DNA of 64,000 nucleotides from NCBI GenBank assembly GCA_029856045.1, contig JAHQWG010000033.1, positions 1 to 64,000 on the forward strand, in the 5' to 3' direction. Shown here piece by piece: positions 28,863 to 39,490 of this stretch. Made by a program: the position numbers and the translations under genes. This DNA is from Promethearchaeia archaeon (GTDB taxonomy: Archaea; Asgardarchaeota; Lokiarchaeia; Sigyniarchaeales; SOKP01). The first letter of the stretch is position 1. Every line of letters begins with the position of its first letter. The notes beneath the pieces are model-generated. The model made no database searches. It was not told the origin of the DNA and saw only the letters and a program-made list of their open reading frames with translations.

Positions 28863-29272
28863 CTTTTCTTATTGAGGGGATTTTTCCCAAGATTTCGTAT
28901 AAGCTTGTCGTAATTAATAGCTACTTGCTGAAATTTTTGTCCTTCTGCAGAACTACAATATTCCATCTTTACTCTTTTATCTGAGAGACCAATTACATTT
29001 AAAATTTGATTAATATATTCAACTTCTCTGTATGCTAATTTATTACCGATTTCATAGTCACATTCACCTGGATGTCATCCAACTACTAAAATACCATCCG
29101 CACCCTGACCAATAGCTCTCATTATTAATTCAGAACCAACTCTTCCTGCACAAGGTACTAAGATTGCTCTTATTGTCGTTGGATATTGCGCTCGAATTGT
29201 ACCCGCCATATCCCCTGCCCCATACCCTCATTTCCAACACATAAAAGAAGCAATTTTTATATCAGAACTCAT
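28844..29272 (-). CDS. mvhD: MvhD/VhuD [2Fe-2S] subunit, selenoprotein with 2 Sec (142 aa; absent from the ORF track)
   Basis: MSSDIKIASFMCWK-U-GYGAGD...VPCAGRV...GADGILVVG-U-HPGECDY...YCSSAEGQKF; TGA at 29228-30 and 29075-77 fall at conserved Cys positions. Confidence 0.92.
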
Positions 29273-29291
29273 TTTTTTTACCTCTTTATAT

Positions 29292-31220
29292 TTACGCTTC
29301 AAATAATGTATCAATAATTGCATTATATTGATAATCTCTATAATAACGTAATTCTATAGCAAGTGATGGACAAATTGCTGCACACATACCGCACCCTTTA
29401 CAATTAATAAGGTCAACAACAATTTTTCCTGATTCATCAACTGATATAGCGCTATAAGGACATGTTTCAATACATTTATAACATTTTGCACAACGTTCAT
29501 CATTTGGTTGAGCACGAATTAATTCTATTGTATATTCTCCAGCAGTCATTGGGATTGAGGCAGCTTGTGCTGCACCTCTTGCTTGATTAACAGTTGCACC
29601 GATTGCTTTTTGCCCTTGACAAGAACCACAAATATAAATCCCAGCAATTTTTGTCTGAATTGGGTCAAGTCTAGAATGGAACTCCTTCAAAAATCCACTT
29701 GGACTTTTTTCTACTTTTAGAATTTGTGCAATTTCGTCTGTTCCTGCTGAAGGCAATGAAGCCGAAGATAATATTACTAATTCAGCTTCAAATTCAATAA
29801 TACCCCCAGTCCCTATTGATTCCATAGTAGCAATAAGATTTTTTGTTTCTGGATCTTCTTTTAATGCTCCTACTTTTCCATTTATAAACATAATTCCAGC
29901 TTCTCTAGAGCGTTTATAATATTCTTCATATGCTTTTCCGGCACATCTCATATCGATATATGAAACCACAATATTTGAATCCGGGTATTCTGACTTTATT
30001 AATTTTGAATTTTTAACTGAAAGAAGACAACAAACATTACTGCACCATGGATGCTCTTCATTTCTAGACCCAACACAATTTATAAACAAAATATTTTTTG
30101 GTCTCTTTCCATCAGATGGTCGCTTTAAGTGTCCAAGAGTTGGACCATTCGGAGCGATAGTTCTTTCAAGTTGAATTTGTGTAATAACATTGTCATATTC
30201 TCCGTAGCCATAATCATCTCCTTGATACATGTCCCAACCAGTAGCAATAATTATTGTTCCTACTTCAAATTCAACAATTTCGGGTTCTTGACTTAAATCA
30301 ATACAATGAACATCACAAGAATCAACACACGCGTAACATTCTACGCACCAATCCATCTGAAGATCCCAAACTGCAGGAACCGCTTGCGCAAAGGCTACAT
30401 CTATACATTTCCTAGCCGAGAGATTTTCATCAAAATAATTTGGCATATATATAGGACATACATCCGAACATGCACCACAACCAGTACAGATATCTTCATA
30501 AACATATCTTGGATTCTTACGTACTTTAACGGAAAAATTTCCAATATAGCCATCTACTTCTATAACTTCAGCCATTGTCATTGTTGTAATATTTGGATGT
30601 CTATTAGCTGCTAACATTTTAGGTCCGAGAATTCATATAGAACAATCATCGGTTGGAAAGGTTCGATCCAATTGAGCCATTCTTCCACCAGTTGTGGATT
30701 TTTTCTCAACAAGGTAAACCTTGAATCCTTCATTTGCTAAATCAACACTAGCTGTTAATCCTGCTATTCCTCCACCAACTACTAATGCTGCTTTTGTAAC
30801 TGGAACCGTTTTTGTTGGTATATCTTCTAAAACCTTAGCTCTTGCAATACCTGCTTTAATTAATTCAATCGCTTTTTCCGTTGCAATTTCTGGTTCTTGT
30901 TGATGGACATAGCTGCAATGTTCTCTAATATTAACAAATTGAAGAAATCGTGGTGGTAAATCTGCATCCTCCAAGACACTATGAAAAACCGGTTGATGTG
31001 TTATTGGTGTTCAAGCTGAAACTACAACTCGATCTAACTCGAGATCCTTAATTTTTTCTATAATAAAATCCGCTCCCGGGTCCGTACACATATTTAAGTA
31101 TTCCCAAGACCAAACATTCTCCATTTTACCGATTTCATAGACAATTTTTGGAACATCTAATATCCCCGCAATATTTATTCCTCATCTGCAAACAAATACT
31201 CCAATGCGAATTTCAGACAT
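29292..31220 (-). CDS. hdrA: Heterodisulfide reductase subunit A, selenoprotein with 3 Sec (642 aa)
   Basis: Single frame from ATG 31220: GVFVCR-U-GINIAG (31182-84), VVSA-U-TP (31011-13), TFPTDDCSI-U-ILGPK (30633-35); GGGIAG FAD motif; CVGSR, CSNVCC; joins the two track ORFs. Confidence 0.93.
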
Positions 31221-31435
31221 TTTTTACACCTTTTTGTAAAATACCTCCATTATTCTCTATAATCATTTTAATTTAATAATTTCTAATTAGCTTTCAGATT
31301 TAAATAATAAATTATTATTTGTTATGGATTAAAAAGGTATATTGTTTAAAAGTTTTTAAAAATTTAATGGATAATAAAAGTACTGAATTCGATCGATATC
31401 AATTAATTATTAAACGTGAAAATATTAAAAAAAAT

Positions 31436-32857
31436 ATGGAGAAGGAAATTAAACATAATAACGATAATTCAGAACGTAATAATTTAAATTTTTTTTTTGC
31501 TCCCAACTCGATTGCAATAATTGGAGCTTCAGATTCTCCAAGATTTGGATTTTGGAATACAAAATATCTATTAAATTCAAAATTTAAGACATACCCAGTT
31601 CATTTATACAAAGATAAAATTTTTGGGCATAAAGCATATAAAACAATAAAGAATATTCCTGATAATATTGATTTAGCAATAGTTATAGTAGGAAATGAGA
31701 GTGTGGTTCAAGTTGTAAAAGAGTGTATCGATAAAGATGTAAAAGGAATAATAATAGAAACAGCCGGTTTTGCAGAGACAGGTATTAAGAAATATATTAA
31801 ATATCAAGATGAATTAGAGAAAATCTTGAAAAGTTCTAATGTTCGTATAATTGGTCCTAATTGCGTAGGTGTTACGAATTTTTATAATGAATTCACTAGT
31901 TCTGATGTAGATTTTTCAAAAACGGTGAAAGGTAATATTGCTATCATTGCTCAATCTGGTGTTTTAGGAAATGTATTTATAGATTGGGCTAGTGTTGGCC
32001 AGAAAATCGGTTTCTCAAAGATTGTAACGCTAGGGAACAAGATTGATGTCGATGAAATTGACATGATAGAATATTTTGAAAATGATCCAGATACTAAAGT
32101 GATAACAATATACTTAGAAGGAGTAAAGAGAGGCAATGATTTTATCAAAGCCTTAAAAAAAATAACGAAACCAATCATAATTCTTAAAAACGGGAGAAGT
32201 GAACTAGGATCTAACGCAATTAAAAGTCATACTGGGTCATTGGCTGGTAATGATCGGATATTCGACGCTATCTTTAAGCAATATCCATGTATTTTTCGAG
32301 TAGAAAATTTTTATGAAATGTTTAATATTGCCCAAGTTTTTGCAACACAACCTTTACCTAGGGGAAATAATGTAGCCATTATAACCGGCTCTGGTAGTAT
32401 CGGGATTTTGGCATGCGATGAGATAGAAAGACAGGGACTTATTCTAGCTAAACTTAGGGAAGATTCAATTCAATCGATGAAATCAGTGGCTCCTGATTGG
32501 GTGTCATTAAAAAATCCGGTAGATTTAGGACCATCTCAAATGATTACTCTTAATCCTGTATTAAAGGCAATTTTCAACGATAATAATGTTGATAGTGTAT
32601 TGTTCCTTTTTACTGTACCAAGATTACCCTTAGAATTTCTAGGTGTAAGCATTATGCCATCATTAAGACTTATAAAAAATCTTTCCTCTAAACTCAAAAA
32701 GCCTTGCATTATTTGTGTTTTTGGTTCTCGGTGGGTTTTTGATTTTATATTAAAACCAGCATTGAGATTTCAAATTCCAGTAATGAACCGAGTAAAAGAA
32801 GCTATATTGGCTTTAAAAATGATGTATGAATATAATCAATTTATTTCATCTCAATAA
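31436..32857 (+). CDS. acdA: ADP-forming acyl-CoA synthetase alpha subunit
   Basis: PNSIAIIGAS, RIIGPNC, QSG, SHTGSLAG (phospho-His), NPVDL; ATG 31436 preferred over TTG 31319. Confidence 0.88.
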   Translation: MEKEIKHNNDNSERNNLNFFFAPNSIAIIGASDSPRFGFWNTKYLLNSKFKTYPVHLYKDKIFGHKAYKTIKNIPDNIDLAIVIVGNESVVQVVKECIDKDVKGIIIETAGFAETGIKKYIKYQDELEKILKSSNVRIIGPNCVGVTNFYNEFTSSDVDFSKTVKGNIAIIAQSGVLGNVFIDWASVGQKIGFSKIVTLGNKIDVDEIDMIEYFENDPDTKVITIYLEGVKRGNDFIKALKKITKPIIILKNGRSELGSNAIKSHTGSLAGNDRIFDAIFKQYPCIFRVENFYEMFNIAQVFATQPLPRGNNVAIITGSGSIGILACDEIERQGLILAKLREDSIQSMKSVAPDWVSLKNPVDLGPSQMITLNPVLKAIFNDNNVDSVLFLFTVPRLPLEFLGVSIMPSLRLIKNLSSKLKKPCIICVFGSRWVFDFILKPALRFQIPVMNRVKEAILALKMMYEYNQFISSQ

Positions 32858-32888
32858 CTTAAAAAATTCTCGTTGATTTAGAAAAATT

Positions 32889-33974
32889 ATGATAATTACA
32901 GATGTTCAAACACATGTATTGCAATTAGATTTTAAGATTAAAATTGGTGCGATGCCATCCCTAAAAGCTACTGGTTTATATGTAAATATAAAAACCGATG
33001 AAGGTATTGATGGATGGGGGTTATCTCATTGGAATTTATCAAATAGTGCCCAAAAGCGCTTTATTGATGAGGCTTTAAAACCTCTATTATTAAAAAAAGA
33101 TCCTTTTATGATTGAGGATATCTTTCATACAATTTACCATACAAGTAATAGAATTTTATTTGGTATTCCTATGGCTACATCGGTCATACAAGTAGCTCTC
33201 TGGGATTTGGTAGGAAAAGCTGTAAAGACTCCTATTTATCGTCTTTTAGGAGGGATGAAGAAAAAGGTAAGGGCTTATGCATCATTGTTTAGACCATACA
33301 AAAATCCTAGGGCTGCTGTAGGCGCAGTTCAAGCTGCATTAGATTTGGGGGGGTTTAATGCAGTCAAGTTAAGGATTGGAAAAACTCCTGAAAAGGATGA
33401 GGCACTCATAAAGACGGTAAGAGATGTTTTTCCAGATATTGAAATAATGGTTGATGCGAATTCAGGTTATGAAACTGTTAATGAAGCTCTAAAAATCACA
33501 AAGATTTGTGAAAAATATAATATTACATGGCTTGAAGAACCATTAACCTCTGATAATCTTAATGGACTTGCCGAATTAAGGAGGAAATCACCAGTAGAGA
33601 TTGCTGGTGGAGAAAATGATTTCGGGATGTATCGATTTGATGAAATTCTTACTAAAGGAGCGTATGATATAATTCAACCTGATGTAACTCGTAGTGGAGG
33701 TTATTTACAGATGAAAAAGATTGATGCGATGGCGGAAGTAAAAGGAGTCCGTTGTATCCCCCATGTTTTTGGTATGGGGCACATTTTGGCAGCCAATATT
33801 CATTTCGTAATGGCATCAAGATGTCCATGGTTAGAATATCCATTTATTCCTGATGAATATCAAATACTTGAAGAACCAATTAAGGTTGAAAAAGGAATCG
33901 TAAAAGCGTTGGAAAGACCAGGTCTAGGCGTCGAGATAAATCATAAAATGTTCGAGGAAAATGTAATTGAATAA
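32889..33974 (+). CDS. Mandelate racemase/muconate lactonizing enolase-superfamily enzyme
   Basis: ALWDLVGK, KLR, MVDAN, WLEEP, AGGEN, IQPD, PH, PGLGVE. Confidence 0.9.
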   Translation: MIITDVQTHVLQLDFKIKIGAMPSLKATGLYVNIKTDEGIDGWGLSHWNLSNSAQKRFIDEALKPLLLKKDPFMIEDIFHTIYHTSNRILFGIPMATSVIQVALWDLVGKAVKTPIYRLLGGMKKKVRAYASLFRPYKNPRAAVGAVQAALDLGGFNAVKLRIGKTPEKDEALIKTVRDVFPDIEIMVDANSGYETVNEALKITKICEKYNITWLEEPLTSDNLNGLAELRRKSPVEIAGGENDFGMYRFDEILTKGAYDIIQPDVTRSGGYLQMKKIDAMAEVKGVRCIPHVFGMGHILAANIHFVMASRCPWLEYPFIPDEYQILEEPIKVEKGIVKALERPGLGVEINHKMFEENVIE

Positions 33975-34026
33975 TCTTATTTAAAAATCAAAAAGATGAT
34001 ATTAAATTAATATTAAAAAATCTTAA

Positions 34027-34872
34027 ATGAAAAATGGTGTTTCCAAAGTGAAAATTGAAGATTTTAGAGATATTATATATGAAAAAGAAGAAAATGGTAT
34101 TTGTACACTTACTTTCAACAGACCTGAAAGAAAGAACGCATTATCTTTTTTAACCTTCTTAGAAATTTACACTGTGTTGGATGATATGGAAAAAGATAGC
34201 AATGCAAAAGTCTTAATAATGACTGGATGTAAAGAAGCAAATGCTTACTCCTCGGGTGGCTATTTCAATTTGAAATTTCTAGATGAAATTCCTCCCGAAA
34301 TTAAAAAGGAACTTAATTTGATGGATATTGCCCAAAAAAAAGTGTGCATGAAATTTTGGAATTTTACTAAGCCAGTTATTGCAGCTATTAATGGTTTAGC
34401 TGTGGGGGCAGGCATAACAATGTCATTAGTTGGAGCAGATTTGATTTATATGTCGGAAGATGCTTGGTTAGGGTTTTATTTTGTAAAAAGAGCTGCTATA
34501 CCCGAATTTGGAATGAATTTTATTTTACCTTTTTATTTGGGATTTCAAAAGACTAAAGAAATTATCTTTTTTGGAGATAAAATAACAGCTCAACAAGCAT
34601 ATGAAATGGGTTTAGGTATTAATAAAGTTCTTCCGCCGGTTGAATTAATGCCATACACTAGAGACATTGCTTTGAGATTGATACCTCCGAAAGGTCCAAG
34701 TTTATCAATAAAATTGATGAAAAAAACTATGCATTCTTATTTTAAAGATATATTAGAAAAAACTTTGGATTTAGAAAATAGAGGATTGAGAAAAGCCATG
34801 ACTTCTTATGATCTTAAAGAATCAATGCAAGCATTAAAAGAAAAACGAGATCCAGTATTTGAAGGACATTGA
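34027..34872 (+). CDS. Crotonase (enoyl-CoA hydratase/isomerase) family protein
   Basis: NRPERKNAL, KPVIAAINGLAVGAG, KEKRDPVF. Confidence 0.88.
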   Translation: MKNGVSKVKIEDFRDIIYEKEENGICTLTFNRPERKNALSFLTFLEIYTVLDDMEKDSNAKVLIMTGCKEANAYSSGGYFNLKFLDEIPPEIKKELNLMDIAQKKVCMKFWNFTKPVIAAINGLAVGAGITMSLVGADLIYMSEDAWLGFYFVKRAAIPEFGMNFILPFYLGFQKTKEIIFFGDKITAQQAYEMGLGINKVLPPVELMPYTRDIALRLIPPKGPSLSIKLMKKTMHSYFKDILEKTLDLENRGLRKAMTSYDLKESMQALKEKRDPVFEGH

Positions 34873-34960
34873 ATAATTTAATAAAAAATGAGTTTAAATT
34901 CTATACTAATTTTAACTTATTCTTTTTTAATTAAAATAAAATTGTTTAGGAGGAGATTGT

Positions 34961-35677
34961 ATTTTTTGTAAAATTGATGGAGAAGATATTCCACTTGTTA
35001 TGACGGGAACTTCTCCATTTATAGGTGCTGGTCAATTCGGATCTAATGCCACGGTATGGCGCAGAAAATTCTTAAATCACACAGATGCTATGCTTGAAAT
35101 TTTAGAAGCATGTTATAAAGCTGGAGGTCGTGGTATTGAAGCAATACCCGCTGGAAAAATTTGTGAAGTTGCTAAAATAATGAAAGAAACATACAATGAT
35201 TATGTAATTACCGGTTCTACATTTCCAGGGACTGATCCCTTAATTGAAGATTTAATTGATATTGGTGTAAGGCTGATTTTTGTTCATGGAATGGTTGCAG
35301 ATAATAAAAATAGCAAATTAATTAACCTATTAGATGAGATCTCCTCCCGAGGTGTAATTCCAGGAATAGCTGCTCATAACCCCATTTCCACTCTAACATA
35401 TGCTTTTGAAAATTCATTAAATGTTAAAGCATTTTTAATTCCCTTTAACACAAATGGGATGTTCATGGATGATCAAAAAAAGCTAGAAGCACTTATTAAT
35501 CAAAATAAAAATTACTCTTTTTTAGGAATGAAAACTTTAGCGGCAGGAAAAATAGAACCACAAAAAGCTTTTGAATATATTTCTAAACATAATATTTGTT
35601 CTGTAGCAATAGGTATGGTTAGTGTTGAGCAAGCAAAAATTTCTACAAAAATTGCTTTAAATGCATTACAAAAATGA
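34961..35677 (+). CDS. Aldo/keto-reductase-like TIM-barrel protein of unknown function
   Basis: GTSPF.GAGQFG, GIAAH, PFN..G, MKTLAAG, AIGM; probable ATT start 7 nt after GGAGG. Confidence 0.65.
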   Translation: MFCKIDGEDIPLVMTGTSPFIGAGQFGSNATVWRRKFLNHTDAMLEILEACYKAGGRGIEAIPAGKICEVAKIMKETYNDYVITGSTFPGTDPLIEDLIDIGVRLIFVHGMVADNKNSKLINLLDEISSRGVIPGIAAHNPISTLTYAFENSLNVKAFLIPFNTNGMFMDDQKKLEALINQNKNYSFLGMKTLAAGKIEPQKAFEYISKHNICSVAIGMVSVEQAKISTKIALNALQK

Positions 35678-35836
35678 TGTGAAATCCAGTTTTTAAACCA
35701 AAATTATTAATAATCATGCAAAAGGAAAGTCAGTAAAAGATCTCTTTGAAAATTTATATTTTATAAAGTAAAAATATTAAAAATGAAATAAATCTTTATT
35801 ACTTAGAGTTTGAATTTCAGACATACGTGAAATATC

Positions 35837-36124
35837 TTGAGTGTTACTTTAATATTTGCAGATCCATTTACTACAATTATGCAACGATGGGATATGGAGA
35901 TCAAATTAGATAAACCCATTACTCTAAGAGAATTACTTCTAGATTTGATAGAAAAAAACGGAGAACCTTTAAGAGAAATACTTTTTAAAGAAAATATGGA
36001 AGAAATGGTAGAAGACTTAGTTTTAACAATTAATGGTATCCATTTTAGGTTCCAGGGAGGGCTTGATGCTGAATTGAAAGACGGTGACCGCCTGAACTTT
36101 ATGTGGAACTATTATGGTGGTTAG
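35837..36124 (+). CDS. MoaD/ThiS/SAMP ubiquitin-like sulfur carrier
   Basis: TLRELL, ING, LKDGD and C-terminal GG. Confidence 0.85.
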   Translation: MSVTLIFADPFTTIMQRWDMEIKLDKPITLRELLLDLIEKNGEPLREILFKENMEEMVEDLVLTINGIHFRFQGGLDAELKDGDRLNFMWNYYGG

Positions 36125-37490
36125 GTTTTCTTATTTTTTCATAAATTTGTTGTGTTTTTTCTTTCCATTCTTCAAATTTTTCCATTATTTTTGGAAATTT
36201 TTTATAATGATTTGAGATCTTATTCATATTAATTCTCACATAATTTAAATCTAATAACAACTTAGGTTGAGAGATACCTTTAATCGCCTTAGAGATTAAA
36301 TCAAACAGAGATAACTCAACCTTTCCCGTTGAGGCTATCTCTAATATTTCGTTCCCAGTTAATAAATCACGTTCTAAACCAAAATTTAAATCTTCATTAG
36401 AAAGATTTTGTAAAATAATTCTTAACAGGTCAAGAGCGGCAAATTCTGCACCAAAAGTTGTCATTACATTATAATTATAATTCCATAATGCATTTATAGA
36501 ATAGTCTTCGCTTTCAATTGCATCTTTTGCACTAACTGCAGAATAATATCCTCCTCGCATTGAAGGGTCAATCCCTCCTCCATGAAGTGGACTGACTTGA
36601 CATGCAGCATCTCCAATAAACATAATGCCATTGTCTGCACAAGACCAAATTGGCCTTCTTACAGGAGCAACACCACCTCCCGAAGAGATTATCTTATATT
36701 CAGAAGTTTTAATGAAATTTTCAAATACATTTTTTCGGTATAATTCTTTAACTTTACCTTTAAAATCCATAAATACCCCTAATCCTATATTAACTGAGTG
36801 TTCATTTTTCGGGAAATACCAGATATAACCTCCAGGTGCCTTTTCTTGGTCTAAAATAATTGAAATATATTCTGGATCATTTACTTTTGGGTTTTCAGGA
36901 CCGAAATCAACAATCTCTCTATAACATAAAATTGAATCCTTCTTAGAAATTTCCTTTTCAATTATTAAACTTTCTATATTTCTTCTCAAGGGAGAATAGA
37001 ATCCGCTCGCATCAATTATTATTTTTGAGTGTAGATCGGTTTTTTCTCCATTGCTCAATTTAACTTTTATTCCATTTACGGTTCCATTTTCATATAGTAA
37101 ATCTAATGCCATAGTATTATCTAAAAATTGCTTCACTCCTGCATCAATTGCCTCATTTAATAATCGTTGACCGAATTCTAATCGATTAACAACATAACCT
37201 GCTAGCTTTGGGTCTTGCATTATTATGCATTTTTTTAAATTTGGAGAATATAATTTAGCGCCTTTTATATGGCATGCTAATTCTTTTCCTTCTGGTGGAT
37301 TAATATTCAGGAATTCAAAAATTTGAGTTCCAATTCCATCCCCACAGATCTTATCTCCAATTTTATCCTTTTTTTTGCTGTCAATCAAACACACATCGAG
37401 TCCGTATTGAGCTGCAAATCGAGCTGCAGTACTTCCTCCGGTTCCTGCTCCGACGACTATTACATCATATGATTTAGGTAAACTTTCCAT
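36099..37490 (-). CDS. Digeranylgeranylglycerophospholipid (geranylgeranyl) reductase
   Basis: GAGTGG, KICGDG, PGGYIWYFP, GDAA...PLHGGGI; divergent from GGGP synthase. Confidence 0.9.
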   Translation of the reverse strand: MESLPKSYDVIVVGAGTGGSTAARFAAQYGLDVCLIDSKKKDKIGDKICGDGIGTQIFEFLNINPPEGKELACHIKGAKLYSPNLKKCIIMQDPKLAGYVVNRLEFGQRLLNEAIDAGVKQFLDNTMALDLLYENGTVNGIKVKLSNGEKTDLHSKIIIDASGFYSPLRRNIESLIIEKEISKKDSILCYREIVDFGPENPKVNDPEYISIILDQEKAPGGYIWYFPKNEHSVNIGLGVFMDFKGKVKELYRKNVFENFIKTSEYKIISSGGGVAPVRRPIWSCADNGIMFIGDAACQVSPLHGGGIDPSMRGGYYSAVSAKDAIESEDYSINALWNYNYNVMTTFGAEFAALDLLRIILQNLSNEDLNFGLERDLLTGNEILEIASTGKVELSLFDLISKAIKGISQPKLLLDLNYVRINMNKISNHYKKFPKIMEKFEEWKEKTQQIYEKIRKPNHHNSST

Positions 37491-37621
37491 TACTACATCA
37501 ATTAAAAGTAATTATATTTGTTAAAATATAAATTACATCAATCCTCTTAATATATTTCACAAAAATAATATTCGTATTGATTTTAAAAGCTTTTAAAATC
37601 TTTAATTGTTTTACAATATGA

Positions 37622-38443
37622 TTGATAATGGATACAGTTGTAAAAGAATCTGAAAAGCAAACGACATATGGATATATCATTAATAAAATTAATGATGATG
37701 GGGCTCTTCACTTTTCTCTTATAGATCCTGACCCTCTACGTCAAACTCCTTCACGGGCAGCAAAGATGGCTAAATATGCTGAAGATGCTGGAACCGATGC
37801 AATTTTAGTGGGTGGGAGCACTGCATTTGACCAAGTATTTATAGATAAAACAATTGAATCAATAAAGAGTAAAGTAGATATACCTGTTATCATCTTTCCA
37901 GGAGGAATAAGTAATATTTCTCCTAAAGCGGATGCGATTTTATTTATGTCTTTATTGAATTCAAAAGATCCTTATTTTATTGTTGGTCAACAGGCTCTCG
38001 CATGTTTGCCAATTAAATTAGCTAAAATTGAAAGCATATCTATGGCATATTTAATAATAGAACCAGGTTCAACAGCAGGGTGGATTGGAAATGCAAAATT
38101 ATTACCAAGGAATAAGCCAGAATTAACTACAGCTTATGCATTAGCAGCAGAATTGTTTGGATTCAAATTAATCTATTTGGAATCTGGTTCTGGTTCTGAA
38201 AAAATACCTGTAAAGATTATCAAAATGGCATCAAATCATTTAAAAATTCCCATAATCGTTGGTGGGGGAATTAATAATAAAGAAGATGCAAGAAATTTTA
38301 TTGAAAATGGTGCAGATATAATCGTTATGGGCACTTTTCTTGAAAATAATACTTTTAATGATAAAGGAACCTCACTGAAAGAAATTATTGATGAGATTAA
38401 AACTTGTGGTAAGCTTTACGAAAAAAATTATGAAAAAAATTAG
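37622..38443 (+). CDS. Geranylgeranylglyceryl phosphate (GGGP) synthase
   Basis: LIDPD, ILVGGS, FPG, SLLNS, YLESGSG, VGGGI. Confidence 0.93.
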   Translation: MIMDTVVKESEKQTTYGYIINKINDDGALHFSLIDPDPLRQTPSRAAKMAKYAEDAGTDAILVGGSTAFDQVFIDKTIESIKSKVDIPVIIFPGGISNISPKADAILFMSLLNSKDPYFIVGQQALACLPIKLAKIESISMAYLIIEPGSTAGWIGNAKLLPRNKPELTTAYALAAELFGFKLIYLESGSGSEKIPVKIIKMASNHLKIPIIVGGGINNKEDARNFIENGADIIVMGTFLENNTFNDKGTSLKEIIDEIKTCGKLYEKNYEKN

Positions 38444-38459
38444 TTAAAACAAACATAGA

Positions 38460-39341
38460 GTGATAGTCATGAAATTCAAGGATGCCATCGAAATATTAAG
38501 ACCCATAAATTGTATTATGGGAACACTTACAGTAATAATAGGTATTTTAAACACCCGAACAGGAATATCAATCGATATAATACTTATAAATTTAATATTA
38601 GGTATATTGACCTATTTCTTTATTGCAGGTTCAGGGATGGTAATTAATGACATATATGATATCGAAATTGATAAAATTAATCGCCCAGAACGTCCTATTC
38701 CAAGAGGATCAATAACTCTAAGCCAAGCAAAAATATTTTTTTTTGTAGTATTGACTATTGGAGTAGTACTATCTATCATTCATAGTATAATTTTTAACTT
38801 AGGTTTTCTCAATATATTTTTTGCTATTTTTTTCGGCTTTTTAGGATGGGTGTATGCTAAATGGGGTAAAAAACAAGGTTTTCTAGGAAATTTAGTTGTT
38901 AGTTTATCATTTTCAATAGGATTAATATATGGTGCGATTTTGAATAGTTCAATAATTCCACTATACATTTATTATTTCTTTTTAACCTGTTTTTTTCTTT
39001 TACTTTCTCGCGAGATTATAAAAGGATGTGAAGATATTGAAGGAGATAAACAATATGGAATAAAGACTTTAGCAATTCAGATTGGAATTGAAAAAACCGC
39101 TAAATTCTCTGTAGTCTGTGATATTTTGGCTATAATCTTTTTTATTTTACCTATATTTACACCAATTTTAAATCCCATTTTGTTTTTTATTTCAATGATT
39201 TTTGGTATAATTATCGTTATTTATGCGTTAATATTATCTATTAAAAGTGATCTACAGACCGCTGATTTTAAAAAAATAAGCTTATTCTTAAAATTAGGGG
39301 CTTTTCTCGGCTTAATTGCTTTTATATTTGCGAGTATATAA
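38460..39341 (+). CDS. Digeranylgeranylglyceryl phosphate (DGGGP) synthase, UbiA family
   Basis: LRPIN, NDIYDIEIDKINRPERPIPRG, REIIKGCEDIEGD. Confidence 0.92.
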   Translation: MIVMKFKDAIEILRPINCIMGTLTVIIGILNTRTGISIDIILINLILGILTYFFIAGSGMVINDIYDIEIDKINRPERPIPRGSITLSQAKIFFFVVLTIGVVLSIIHSIIFNLGFLNIFFAIFFGFLGWVYAKWGKKQGFLGNLVVSLSFSIGLIYGAILNSSIIPLYIYYFFLTCFFLLLSREIIKGCEDIEGDKQYGIKTLAIQIGIEKTAKFSVVCDILAIIFFILPIFTPILNPILFFISMIFGIIIVIYALILSIKSDLQTADFKKISLFLKLGAFLGLIAFIFASI

Positions 39342-39490
39342 CTTTTTATTATAATTTCTATAAGAGAAATTCGAATAAATTATAATTTTTAATATTATGA
39401 AACTTCGGAAAACCTTTTTAATAAAATAATAACGAGAATTTAATAATCAGAAAATAACCCTCTTAATTTTCTTGAATGAAATTTTAGTTA

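Noticed and set aside
29292-31220. hdrA and mvhD as pseudogenes, or a UGA=Trp genetic code
   Set aside because: All internal stops are TGA at conserved Cys sites, a SECIS is present, TGG encodes Trp normally, and TGA ends other genes (etfB, crotonase, the 34961-35677 gene).
34860-35720. Sec readthrough at the TGA stops of the crotonase and AKR-like genes
   Set aside because: The proteins look complete, the TGAs are not at Cys-motif positions, the frames close soon after, and no SECIS-like hairpin follows.
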